A stretch of 64,000 nt of DNA from Terriglobia bacterium (GCA_965198225.1 CBDAOY010000004.1:128001-192000), one strand, 5' to 3'. Shown: positions 20,400 through 31,163, numbered from the stretch's first letter. Made by a program: numbers and translations. Notes: generated by a model from the letters alone, not told the origin.

Positions 20400-22281
20400 G
20401 TGCGCCACGACGGTGCGTAGAGGAGGCGGTCATGTAGACGCCGAATCGACACAGCCTTGCTGCACGAGAGATGAGGGCGGGCCCCTCGGACTCGGGGTGC
20501 AGGCCCAGGGTCCAAACCGCCGGATGCTGCTCGGACCAAACGGCCGGGGTGGTGAGCGAGACGGAAAAGGCGGGACAAACCCGTCAGGTGAGCGATGGGA
20601 AGACGAACGTGAGTGAACCGCTGATGACGTGTCGAAAGCGTAGGGACGCCATCGAAACCAAGCTCCAGTCGTTGGCCTGGGATGAAGCTCGGGAGGAGCC
20701 TGTTGACTGCCCGAGCGGTGGCCGGCATGAAGGCGGCGTGAGCCCATTGCAGGCTCTTGTGCGGAACGTGGGAACCTATCGCCTCGATGTTAAGGGAGAA
20801 ATCCAAGTGGAGGACCCACAAGGATGAGAATACCGATGCGAGGCGAAGGGGCGGATGGGCTTGTAGGAGCGAAGAAGCCTGGTAATGCGGGTGGAGCAAA
20901 GGGGCCCAACTCTCTGGCCAAGGACGCCGGTCAACCAGCGATGGGAGGAGCCGGTGTCTGAGGCAAAGCCTTATGTGATTCCAAAGCAACTTGTCTGGGA
21001 ATCGTACCAGCGGGTGAAGGCGAACCGCGGTGCAGCGGGCGTGGACGGTGAGTCGCTGGCGGCGTTGGAGAAGGACCTGAAGGGGAATCTCTACAAGGTC
21101 TGGAACCGGATGTCGTCGGGCTCGTACTTCCCGCCGCCCGTGCGGCTCGTTGAGATACCGAAGGATAACGGCGGCAAGCGCCCACTCGGTATTCCCACTG
21201 TTGCCGACAGAGTGGCGCAAACGGTCGTGAAGATGGTGTTCGAGCCCTTGGTGGAGCCGGTATTCCACGAGGACTCGTACGGCTATCGCCCCGGCCGGTC
21301 TGCGCTCGATGCGGTGGGAGTGGCGAGGAAGCGCTGCTGGGGCGCGGATTGGGTCATCGACCTGGACATCAAAGCCTTCTTTGATTCCATCCCGCATGAC
21401 CTCATTGAGCGCGCCGTGGCCCACCACACTGACCTTCCGTGGGTCCGTCTGTACGTTGCGCGGTGGCTTCGTGTCGCTGTGCAGCGGCCAGACGGGATCC
21501 TGGAGGAGCGGACGACGGGCACGCCGCAAGGCGGAGTCGTCAGTCCGCTGCTGGCCAACCTGTTGCTGCACTACGCGTTCGACCTCTGGATGCAAAGGAC
21601 CTTTCCGAGCGTCCAGTTCGAGCGGTATGCGGACGATGCCATCGTCCATTGCAGGAGCGAACGGCAGGCGCGAGCAGTATTGGAGGCCATTCGGGGTCGG
21701 TTCGAGCAGTGCGGTTTGGAGCTTCATCCTGTGAAGACCCGTATCGTTTACTGCAAGGACGACGACCGGCCTGGGGACTACGAACACGTCAAGTTCGACT
21801 TCCTCGGGTACACCTTCCAACCTCGGCGGGCGAAGAATCGCTGTTGGAAATTCTTCGTGAGCTTCCTACCGGCGATCAGCGCCAAGGCCGCCAAGAAGAT
21901 CCGGGCCACCATCCGCGAATGGCGGATGGCGTCCACCAGGAACAACCAGCGTCTGGAGGACTTGGCACGGCTCATCAACCCGTCGGTACGTGGCTGGATG
22001 AACTACTACGGACGGTTCTACCGGTCGAAGTGTGTTCAGGTCCTTCGCCATCTCAACGAGGCCCTCGCGGCATGGGCGCGATGGAAATACAAGCGGTTTC
22101 GGCGACGTGAGCGTGCGTCGATGCACTGGCTGGGGCGCATCGCGCGACGGGACAGGCAGCTGTTTGTCCTGTGGCAACTCGGCATCGTACCCGAGGCTGG
22201 AGAGTAGGAGCCGGATGAGGCGAGAGTTTCACGTCCGGTTCTGGGAGGGCCCGGGGGGGAAGTTCCCCCGGGCTACTCGAC
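20400..22281 (+). mobile_element. Group II intron B, complete, class D (RmInt1-like)
   Basis: GTGCGCC start; domain V GAGCCGGATGAGGCGAGAGTTTCACGTCCGGTTC; domain VI ending ACTCGAC. Confidence 0.9.
20955..22207 (+). CDS. ltrA: Group II intron reverse transcriptase/maturase without endonuclease domain
   Basis: VKANRGAAGVDG, LYKVWNRMSSGSYFPPPV, GTPQGGVVSP, RYADD, FDFLG, GWMNYYG. Confidence 0.92.
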
Positions 22282-22749
22282 GTGTGCCACGAGCACTGAC
22301 GGGCGCAAGTCGGGTCAGTGCGCAACTGTTTCACTGATGAGGGAGGGCCCCTCGGAGCCGGCGTGCAGGAGCCGGCTTCAAACCACCTTCGGTGGCTGTG
22401 GTTAAAAGCCATGGTCGTGAGCGCAGAAGGAAAAGGCCCGGGAAGAACCGGGTCAGGTGGCTGGCAAGAAGAGGACCGCAAGGGAATCACTGATGACGTG
22501 TCGAAAGCGTAGGGACGATGTCAGAACCGTGGGGAGTCATTACCGCGGGATCAGTTCAGACGAGAATCTGCTTACGGGCTGAGCGGCATCCGGCATAAAG
22601 GTGGCCTGAGCTTGTCGAGAGGCGGTGAAACGGAACGTGGGAACCTGAGATTCCGATGCTAACGGAGACGCCACAAGTGGAAGAACCACGAGGGCCAGAG
22701 TACGAACCATCCTGGCTCGCGGAGTCTCAGGGGCGGAATGGCCCGTAGT
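22282..22749 (+). mobile_element. Group II intron C, 5' fragment (class D-like)
   Basis: GTGTGCC start. Domain I is colinear with intron B (GATGAGGGAGGGCCCCTCGG, TGATGACGTGTCGAAAGCGTAGGGACG, GGAACGTGGGAACC). Stops in domain III. Confidence 0.8.
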
Positions 22750-23331
22750 GCGTGCCTGGCAGCACGCGTTTCCGGCGGGTTAAAGTCCCGCTCGGCCCGA
22801 GGCCACGGGTCGATATCCAACAAGTGGGGGTAATGCCTCACTGGCCGGAGTGTAGGCAGGTATGGCAAATGCCTAAACGGGCACGAAGGCGAAAGCCGGA
22901 CACGGACAAGGCAAAGCTGGAGCCACCTACGGAAACTTTGGAGGGCAGGGCGCCCACCGCGAGGTGGGGTCTGAAGGGCATGAGGAGAACCACCGGGTCG
23001 TAATCGACGGGAGCCATCCCGAGGATGAACCGGTCGGCCAAAGATGGGGAATGGTCGAGCCCGCACTATTGGGGCGAAGGCGCATTGGTTCCACCCCATC
23101 GCACCAAGGTGTGTGCGGGCGACACGGTGGGGAAGAGACGCGAGTGACCCAGGGAGGCCTGGTATCGTCCGAGCGGAAGGTAAGGTCGAGATGATGTGGC
23201 ACCCAAGGCAGACGAAAGGGCGGGCAACCGAGAAGACAAACATCGACCTAGAGCCCTGCGCGGTAGGTGCGGATATAAGCGAGAGCGAAATTCCGGCCGA
23301 CGCGGTGTCAGGAATCGGATCGGGGAATAGT
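22750..23331 (+). mobile_element. Group II intron D1, 5' fragment (582 bp)
   Basis: Nearly identical to 23332-23910 with scattered substitutions and a 3-bp indel. Confidence 0.8.
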
Positions 23332-24235
23332 GCGTGCCTGGCAGCACGCGTTTCCGGCGGGTTAAAGTCCCGCTCGGCCCGAGGCCACGGGTCGATATCC
23401 AACAAGTGGGGGTAATGCCTCACTGGCCGAAGTGTAGACAGGTAGTGCAGATGCCTAAACGGGCACGAAGGCGAAAGCCGGATACGGCCAAGGCAAAGCT
23501 GGAGCCAGCTACGGAAACTTTGGAGGGCAGGGCGCCCACCGCGAGGTGGGGTCTGAAGGGCATGAGGAGAACCACCGGGTCGTAATCGACGGGAGCCATC
23601 CCGAGGATGAACCGGTCGGCCAAAGATGGGGAATGGTCGAGCCCGCACTATTGGGGCGAAGGCGCATTGGTTCCACCCCATCGCACCAAGGTGTGTGCGG
23701 GCGACACGGTGGAGAAGAGACGCGAGTGACCCAGGGAGGCCTGGTATCGTCCGAGCGGAAGGTAAGGTCGAGATGATGTGGCACCCGCAGACGAAAGGGC
23801 GGGCAACCGAGAAGACAAACATCGACCTAGAGCCCTGCGCGGTAGGTGCGGATATAAGCGAGAGCGAAATTCCGGCCGACGCGGTGTCAGGAATCGGATC
23901 GGGGAATAGTACTCAGGAACGAGACGGCAAACATAAGGTCTCGGATCGTTGCTTCGAGCAGCGGCGCTGGCGGGTCCAAAAGGCCCGTTGGAGGGGGAAG
24001 TCCCCGTACTCAGTCGTGAATGTGCGAGCGATGGGAAACGCGGAGATATCGTGGAATTGGATAGTTCCCTTAGCGAAAGACCCAAACGCGGTACGAACGA
24101 AGCCGCCACCTGCCGCCACACAGCGAATTCCGAACGAGGAGCAACTGAGGAAAGCGGCTTGCGGGAAAACCGCACGAGCCGTTTGATTGAGCGGACGGTG
24201 GAAGGGCCGATCGGCCCGACCACTTTCGACTCTAC
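23332..24235 (+). mobile_element. Group II intron D2, complete and ORF-less (~904 nt)
   Basis: GCGTGCC start; EBS1-like ACTATT; domain V AAAGCGGCTTGCGGGAAAACCGCACGAGCCGTTTG; ends GACTCTAC; no RT ORF. Confidence 0.8.
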
Positions 24236-25771
24236 ACTCCGAGGTCGGGAGAGCCGATCACATGGGGAAGCGGCCAGCAGAAGTGGACTCGTTCTTGGGA
24301 AACATGAGCTCCATGCAACGGGAGGATACGGTCCTCTATGCAACGAGAGGAACAACCAGTCATGGAAACGAAACTGGAACGAATAGCGGCGAAAGCTCGG
24401 AGTGAGCCAAAGCTCCGGTTCACGTCACTGGCGCATCATGTCACCCGAGAGCGTGTGTGGAAGAACCTGTGTCAAGTGCCCCGCAACACGGCTCCCGGAT
24501 GTGATGGTCAGAGGGTACCGGAGGCGAAGGAGGAATTCGGAGTCTGGGTGGAGCCAATGCTCCAGTCTGTTCACCAGAAGGGATATCGCGCTCCGCCGAT
24601 TCGGCGGGTGTATATCCCCAAGCCCGGCAAGCAGGAGAAACGTCCCCTGGGCGTGCCCTGTGTTCAAGATCGGGCCCTTCAGCGCAGCGTGGCCGAGGTA
24701 TTGGTCGCCATCTACGAGCAGGACTTCTTGCCCTGTTCCTTTGGTGGCCGGCCTGGGCTGGGCGCCCACAATGCACTGGCAACCCTCCATGAGGTGATTT
24801 CCGGATGCAAGGTGAGTTGGGTGTTGGAGGCGGACTTGAAGAACTTTTTCGGGAGTTTAGACCATGGATGGCTACTCCGCTTTGTGGAGCATCGAGTCGG
24901 AGATCCGCGGATCATCAGTCTGATACGACGATGGTTAAAGGCGGGCGTTTTCGAAGACGGGGAATTGCATTCGAACGAAGAGGGAACCCCGCAAGGTGGG
25001 TCGATCAGCGTTCTGCTGAGCAATCTGTACCTGCATTATGTGCTTGACCTGTGGTTTGACCGGATGGTCCGGCCACGCCTGAAGGGTGAAGCGTATCTGG
25101 TGCGGTACATCGACGACTTTGTCGTGTGTTTCCAATATCGGGACGATGCGCTTCGTTTCCAGAACGTTCTGCGCAAGCGACTGGGAAAGTTTGGACTGGT
25201 TCCGGAGCCGACCAAGACGAAGCTCGTCGAATTCGGCCGCTATGCCCAGCGCGATGTCGTCCGGCGCGGGAGAAAACGTCCAGAGACGATCTATTTTCTG
25301 GGCATGACCCTGTACTGTACGCGTAATCGCAAAGGCAATTTTAGAGTGGGACTGCGAACAGAGAAGTCTCGACTTCGACGCAGTCTGGCTCATCTACGCG
25401 GCGTGATGAGGCGAATGCGTCACTTGCCGGTCCGGGAGCAAGTGCACAATCTGAACCGAGTCTTGCGCGGGCACTACGCCTACTATGGCATTGCCGGGAA
25501 CCTCCGGGCTCTGCAGCACGTCGCTCGGGCCGTGGAACGTTACTGGCGCCAAATGCTCAGCAGTCGTAGTCGTGCAGGCTTCGTCCGGTGGGAAGTATTC
25601 AACCGGATTCAGCTGCACTTTCCGTTACAGCGTCCCAAGTTGGCTCTCCGCTATCGGGAGTTCCAGTCTCTCGCTGTGCTGTAAATCCAATTCTGAAGAG
25701 CGCAGTGCGGGAAATCCGCACGCTGCGTTCTGTGGGAGCCGGAGGCGGGCAACTGCCTCCGGCCACCCGGT
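24236..25771 (+). mobile_element. Group II intron E, 3' part (domain III to end), tentatively class E-like
   Basis: Domain III half ACTCCGAGGTCGGGAGAGCCGATCACATGGGGAAG, RT ORF, domain V GAGCGCAGTGCGGGAAATCCGCACGCTGCGTTC, end CACCCGGT. Confidence 0.8.
24362..25684 (+). CDS. ltrA: Group II intron reverse transcriptase/maturase
   Basis: RFTSLAHH, RPLGVP..DRALQ, EADLKNFF, GTPQGGSIS, RYIDD, RGHYAYYG. Confidence 0.92.
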   Translation: METKLERIAAKARSEPKLRFTSLAHHVTRERVWKNLCQVPRNTAPGCDGQRVPEAKEEFGVWVEPMLQSVHQKGYRAPPIRRVYIPKPGKQEKRPLGVPCVQDRALQRSVAEVLVAIYEQDFLPCSFGGRPGLGAHNALATLHEVISGCKVSWVLEADLKNFFGSLDHGWLLRFVEHRVGDPRIISLIRRWLKAGVFEDGELHSNEEGTPQGGSISVLLSNLYLHYVLDLWFDRMVRPRLKGEAYLVRYIDDFVVCFQYRDDALRFQNVLRKRLGKFGLVPEPTKTKLVEFGRYAQRDVVRRGRKRPETIYFLGMTLYCTRNRKGNFRVGLRTEKSRLRRSLAHLRGVMRRMRHLPVREQVHNLNRVLRGHYAYYGIAGNLRALQHVARAVERYWRQMLSSRSRAGFVRWEVFNRIQLHFPLQRPKLALRYREFQSLAVL

Positions 25772-25880
25772 GCGACTGGAAACGAAGCCACGGCGAGGAG
25801 TGAGGCACCGGAATCGGCGAAAGCCACCGGCAACAGCTACCCCCTTTGCCTACCGCCACCGCGCCAGTCGTCGACTCTAC
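25772..25880 (+). mobile_element. Domain VI / 3' end of a further group II intron (possibly A)
   Basis: Long hairpin CGACTGG...CCAGTCG ending TCGACTCTAC. Confidence 0.65.
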
Positions 25881-28800
25881 AACGGATGGGTTGAAGTTCT
25901 GGGTACAGGGCGCGTTACAGGTTTTCTCGCATACTCGGAATCCAATGCCGGCGGTGTTGCCGTCGTTCCGGTCCAGAATCAACCCGGCCCGCGACTCCTA
26001 TTCGGGCACATCGCTGCGCGCGTTCCATGGTCGACCGGTATAGCGGTCCTGAACGCGACAGCGACGGACACAGTCGTCGAGTTTTTTGCCATCACACCCG
26101 GCGGCGCCTTGATGGGCGGTCCCGAAGAGTCACCGCTTGCCCGCGTCGAACTTCCCTCAGGAACCAAAATTGCCAAGCTCATCAATGAATTGATACCGAA
26201 CACAGAGGGCCTAGTGGCGGACGGGGGCTTCGTCTATGCCCGAACGACGAATGATGTCGAGATCTATGGAATCGAACTGTTTTTCCTCCGCAACCTCTTT
26301 GTCTTCTCCAACGTGTCTGCGGACATCAGCATTCCGTTCGAACCGCCCGTAAGAAACCTCCCGATGCCGATGGACGGGACGTTGACGCCGGGCGACCTGC
26401 TGGCGGGGACGATCGACGCGCCGGGCGAGGTCGACGTGGTGACCCTGGCTGGGCAGACCAACGACAGAATCGTGTTGACGTTGGTCGAGACGACGGACTG
26501 GGGCGGCTTCCTCGGGGCGAATGATGTGCAGGCGACGCTGTTTGCGCCGAGCGGCGCCGAGCTCGAGGTGTTCGATTCGGACAGCCAGCAGCAGTTCACG
26601 CTCGCGGAGACGGGCGTCTACGTCATCCAGGTGAATGCGAACAACCTGGTCAGCACGGGGTCGTACACGCTGGGGCTGGAGCGGCTCGACCCGGTGGGGC
26701 CGCTCGACGGGACCTTGACGCCGGGCGACCTGCTGGCGGGGGCGATCGACGCGCCGGGCGAGGTCGACGTGGTGACCCTGGCTGGGCAGACCAACGACAG
26801 AATCGTGTTGACGTTGGTCGAGACGACGGACTGGGGCGGCTTCCTCGGGACGAATGATGCGCAGGCGACGCTGTTTGCGCCGAGCGGCGCCGAGCTCGAG
26901 GTGTTCGAATCGGACAGCCAGCAGCAGTTCACGCTCGCGGAGACGGGCGTCTACGTCATCCAGGTGAATGCGAACAACCTGGTCAGCGCCGGGTCGTACA
27001 CCCTGGGCCTGGAGCGGCTCCACCCGTTGGGGCCGCTTGACGGGACGTTGACGCCGGGCAACCTGCTGGCGGGGGCGATCGACGCGCCGGGCAAGGTCGA
27101 CGTGGTGACCCTGGCTGGGCAGACCAACGACAGAATCGTGTTGACGTTGGTCGAGACGACGAACTGGGGCGGCTCCTTCGGGGCGAATGATGTGCAGGTG
27201 ACGCTGTTTGCGCCGAGCGGTGCCGAGCTGGGGGTGTTCGATTCGGACAGCCAGCAGCAGTTCACGCTCGCGGAGTCAGGCGTCTACGTCATCCAGGTGA
27301 ACGCGAACAACCTGGTCAGCATCGGGTCGTACGCCGTGGGGCTGGAGCGGCTCCACCCGGTGGGGCCGCTGGACGGGACGTTGACGGTGGGCGACCTGCT
27401 GGCGGGGGCGATCGACGCGCCGGGCGAGGTCGACGTGGTGACCCTGACTGGGCAGACCAACGACATAATCGTGGTGACGTTGGTCGAGACAGGGGCGAAT
27501 GATGTGCATGCGAGGCTGATTGCGCCGAGCGGCGCGGAGCTCGGGGTGTTCGCGGACGTCGGGCAGCAGTTCACGCTCGGGGAGACGGGCGTCTACATCA
27601 TCCAGGTGAGCACGAACGACCTGATCAGCACGGGGTCGTACACCCTGGGGCTGGAGCGGCTCGACGCGGCCTGTAGCGCAAGCCGGCCTTGCTTTACCGA
27701 CGTGACCGCGCAGGCCGGCCTCCTTCAAGGCCCGCCGCCGGATGGCCTGCCGTTCGCCCAGGTGACCGACGTCATGACCGGAGCCGCCGCCGCCGGGGAC
27801 ATTGATAATGACGGCAACGTAGATTTGTATGTATCCCGAATCGATGCCCTCGATTCACTCTATCGAAACAAAGGCGATGGAACGTTCGAGGACATTGCGA
27901 CCGCTTCCGGTATCAATCGCGGCAGCAATTCCAACGGGGCCGCCTTCGGCGACATCGACAACGATGGCGACCTGGACTTATACGTAACCGCCGTGTCGTC
28001 CGCCGAACGAGGCACCCAAACTAGATTCTATTTGTATGTCAATGACGGCCGTGGCAATTTCAGTGAAGAAGCGATTAGTCGCGGTGCGGCGATTGCAGGC
28101 GCCGATGCACATCAGGGCTGGAGCGTGGCGTTCGGGGACTACGACAGTGACGGATACTTGGACATCCACGTCTGCGAATGGCGACTGGACTCCTTGAATT
28201 CCAGCGCTGCGCTGTCCAATTCGAGGCTTCTGCGGAACCTCGGCAGCGCTAATCCCGGAGCGTTTGAGGACGTCACAGTAGAGGCAGGTGTCGCTCTCGA
28301 CGCGGTCCAGGGCAAGTTGCGCGATCCGCAAAGAGGAACGTTCAGTTTCAGCTCAAACATCGTCGACATGGACGGCGACAGCCATCCAGACCTGATTATC
28401 GCGGCAGATTTCGGCGAGAGCCGCCTGTTCTGGAACAACGGGGACGGAACATTCACGGACGGCACCGCAGCCGCGGGAGTCGGTCTCGATGAGAACGGCA
28501 TGGGCTCGGCCGTCGGCGATATCAACGGTGATGGTCTCCTGGATTGGTTTGTCACGTCGATCTCAGGAGGCCTTTTACCTCCGTACACCGGTAACTTCAT
28601 GTACCTCAACAACGGCGATCGGACCTTCACTGACTATACCGAGGCGGCCGGCGTGCGGGACGGGTTCTGGGGATGGGGCGCGACTTTCCTGGACTATGAC
28701 AACGACGGCGACCTGGATCTGACGATGGTGAACGGGTTTCCGAACTCTGTGTTCAGCCTGATCTCGTGTTGCAATCCGATGCGGTTTTGGGAAAACGATG

Positions 28801-29246
28801 GGTCGGGACACTTCACGGAGATATCTCTGTCGGTAGGACTGCTTGATGCGCGACAGGGCAAGGGTATTTTGAGCTTCGATTACGACAACGACGGTGACCT
28901 TGATCTATTCGTGACGAACAATGCCAGTACGCCTGTGCTCTACAACAACGACGGTACAAACTCCGGGGACTGGCTGCGGATTGAGTTCGACCGAGAGGAG
29001 CCGTTTATTGGTGCGCGCATTGTCGTAACGGCGGAAGTTGACGGGGCCGAACAGCTACGTGTCGTGAACGCCGGCAATAACTACCTGAGCCAGAATGAGG
29101 TCACCGCGCACTTCGGCCTCGGTGTCGGCGCCCTGCCCGTGCATCACGTCAAGGTGACAATGCCTTCGGGCGAGATACGGGAGTTTCGTGACGTGCCGAG
29201 AAACACGACCTTGACGGTGCGTGCTCAAGAGCCCGGACTTCAGTAG
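25881..29246 (+). pseudogene. Large secreted protein (PPC-like repeats + FG-GAP/VCBS + ASPIC/UnbV, CRTAC1-like), 5'-truncated at the intron junction
   Basis: Repeated D[I/Y]DNDGDLDL motifs and YLSQN..AHFGLG. The reading frame has no native start and begins at the intron 3' end. Confidence 0.8.
26373..27665 (+). repeat. Four tandem intragenic 333-bp (111-aa) repeats
   Basis: Units start at 26373, 26706, 27039 and 27372 (DGTLTPGDLLAG...YTLGLERL); the last is shorter. Confidence 0.92.
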
Positions 29247-29279
29247 GGAAGCCATTCAGTAGGCGGCTGCGCCGCCGTC

Positions 29280-31163
29280 TCAGAATCGAAAACCGGCCGC
29301 CTGGAATGCCGGCCGGCCATCCACCAGGGTCAGGAGGATCGATTCCTCCATGTCGAGTATCCGTTCCGGATTCCGTTCCAGCTCCCGAATATCCCGAAGA
29401 TCCAACACGACGAGATCGGCGACCTTCCCCGGCTCGAGGCTACCGTTCCACTCATCGGAGTATGTGAGGTAGGCATTGTTGATGGTCATCGCCCGGAGGG
29501 CGTCTTCGATGCCGAGCGTCTCGTTCGCATTGTGAACGTCACCCCACAGGTCCCGACGGGTCAGGAGCGCGTAGAGACTGATCCAGGGGCTGTAGGGGGA
29601 GGTCCCGTAGTCCGAGCCCACGGCGACTTTGACGCCGGCCTCGACGTAGCTCCGGAAGGGCTGGAGCCGGCCCATTCGTTCCTCGCCGAGGTTCCGGGAG
29701 AAGGAACGGCCCTGGTGCCAGATGAAGGACGGGTTGACGGCGGCGATGATTCCGTTTTCTGCCATCGCGGCCAGCATGTTCGTGCCTTCTTCCTTGGGGA
29801 GGTAGGCGTGGATCACGCTCCAGCGCAGGTCCGCCTCGGGGTCCTCGGCGCGGACCCCCTCCATGAGCTTCACGTAGAGGTCCACGGTCTGACGCATCCC
29901 GAGGTCGCCTGTGGAGTGAATGTGGACTTCCCACCCCCGGTCGACGACTTCACGTAGCTGAGCCTCCCGGAGCGCGTCGTCCGCCCAGTGGTAGCCGTGA
30001 TTGGGCTCGCCCTCGATCGTTTGCCAATCCACGAAGGGTTCGCTCACCCAGGAACTGCGGGTCCCGGCTCCGCCGTCGATCTGCCACTTCGTTCCACGCC
30101 ATCGGAGGAAGCGGTCTCCCAGATTCTGGAACGGAATGGAGTCGAAGTGCGCACCGATCTCCTCCGGTGCCTGCGTGTTCCACATTCCCTCGTAAACCTG
30201 GAGGATCCTCAACTTGAGCCAGCCCCGGCGGTAGGCTTCCTGGTAGGCGCGCATCACACGGCCGCCACCCGCCGGATCGACGATGCCGGTTACGCCCAGG
30301 CGCGTCATCTCCTCGCTGCCGTAGCGGACCGCCTCCACCTGGTCATCGATGTCGGGTGCCGGAGCGCGGGCCGTCACCAGCCGGGCCGCGTTGCTCAGGA
30401 ACATCCCGGTGGGAACCTCGAGCTGGCGTGGTTGATCGTTGACGGTTACGGTCCGAGTCTCCCGGAAGATCTTGTCGTCCGGTCCGAACGATTCCGGGTC
30501 CTCGAGCCACCATTCGGGCCACGAGGAGGGATCGTCGTCCCGGATGCCCATCAGTTCGAAAGCGGCGGTGTTGACCGCAAGCCCACGGTAGACCCGATTG
30601 AGCTGCACCGGATTGTCCGGGGCGACGGCGTCGATGTCCCAACGCGTGAATGGCCGCTCGTACTTGTACTCGTCCCAACCCCGGCCGACCAGCCACTCGC
30701 CTTCGCTCGGCAGCCGGCGCTCGACCAGTTTTCTGATTTCCTCAGCCACCGCGGACACGCTCATCGCGCGCCGTAGGTCCGCCTGGAACGCCGCCTCGAT
30801 ACCCAGAAGCGAAAAGTGAAGATGCGAGTCGATGATGCCCGGGATGACGACCCGGCCGTCGAGGTCCGTGACCTCGGTGTCAGGGTCGCCGAGGGCCAGG
30901 ACCTCCTCGTCCGAGCCCACAGCCATGATCTCCGAGCCCGCGGGACTGAACCGGATGGCCAGCGCCTCGGCGATGCGGAAGTCCTCGTCCACCGTCACGA
31001 TCTGACCGTTGTGGAGAATCCGATCGGCAGTGAGCAAGGTGGCCGGGGATTGCCATCCCATTCCGACTGGGGGAAAGGCCAGCAGGATCAGGGCGCACGC
31101 GGCCGCTCCAACGTGGAGGCGCCGACGACAAGCCTGGGTGAATCGTGATCGCTGAACGCTCAT
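29280..31163 (-). CDS. Amidohydrolase 3 family (YtcJ-like) protein, secreted
   Basis: PGIIDSHLH, HSTGD, GSDYG, GSLEPGKVADLVVL. Confidence 0.88.
   Translation of the reverse strand: MSVQRSRFTQACRRRLHVGAAACALILLAFPPVGMGWQSPATLLTADRILHNGQIVTVDEDFRIAEALAIRFSPAGSEIMAVGSDEEVLALGDPDTEVTDLDGRVVIPGIIDSHLHFSLLGIEAAFQADLRRAMSVSAVAEEIRKLVERRLPSEGEWLVGRGWDEYKYERPFTRWDIDAVAPDNPVQLNRVYRGLAVNTAAFELMGIRDDDPSSWPEWWLEDPESFGPDDKIFRETRTVTVNDQPRQLEVPTGMFLSNAARLVTARAPAPDIDDQVEAVRYGSEEMTRLGVTGIVDPAGGGRVMRAYQEAYRRGWLKLRILQVYEGMWNTQAPEEIGAHFDSIPFQNLGDRFLRWRGTKWQIDGGAGTRSSWVSEPFVDWQTIEGEPNHGYHWADDALREAQLREVVDRGWEVHIHSTGDLGMRQTVDLYVKLMEGVRAEDPEADLRWSVIHAYLPKEEGTNMLAAMAENGIIAAVNPSFIWHQGRSFSRNLGEERMGRLQPFRSYVEAGVKVAVGSDYGTSPYSPWISLYALLTRRDLWGDVHNANETLGIEDALRAMTINNAYLTYSDEWNGSLEPGKVADLVVLDLRDIRELERNPERILDMEESILLTLVDGRPAFQAAGFRF

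Noticed and set aside
19964-21820. 618-aa minus-strand ORF and similar long antisense ORFs (31145-32614, 36705-38669, 62718-63944)
   Set aside because: Shadow ORFs opposite well-supported genes in GC-rich DNA.
22659-23822. 387-aa minus-strand ORF with an internal repeat
   Set aside because: Antisense of the duplicated intron D RNA; the 582-bp unit is a multiple of three and shows no protein motifs.
19578-25684. RT genes as retron, DGR or CRISPR-associated RTs
   Set aside because: All three are embedded in group II intron RNA domains, and the two intact ones have a maturase (X) domain.
25485-25880. N-terminal extension of the 1253-aa ORF as an RT/adhesin fusion
   Set aside because: It is an off-frame read-through of intron E's ORF end and domains V/VI, not a real N-terminus.
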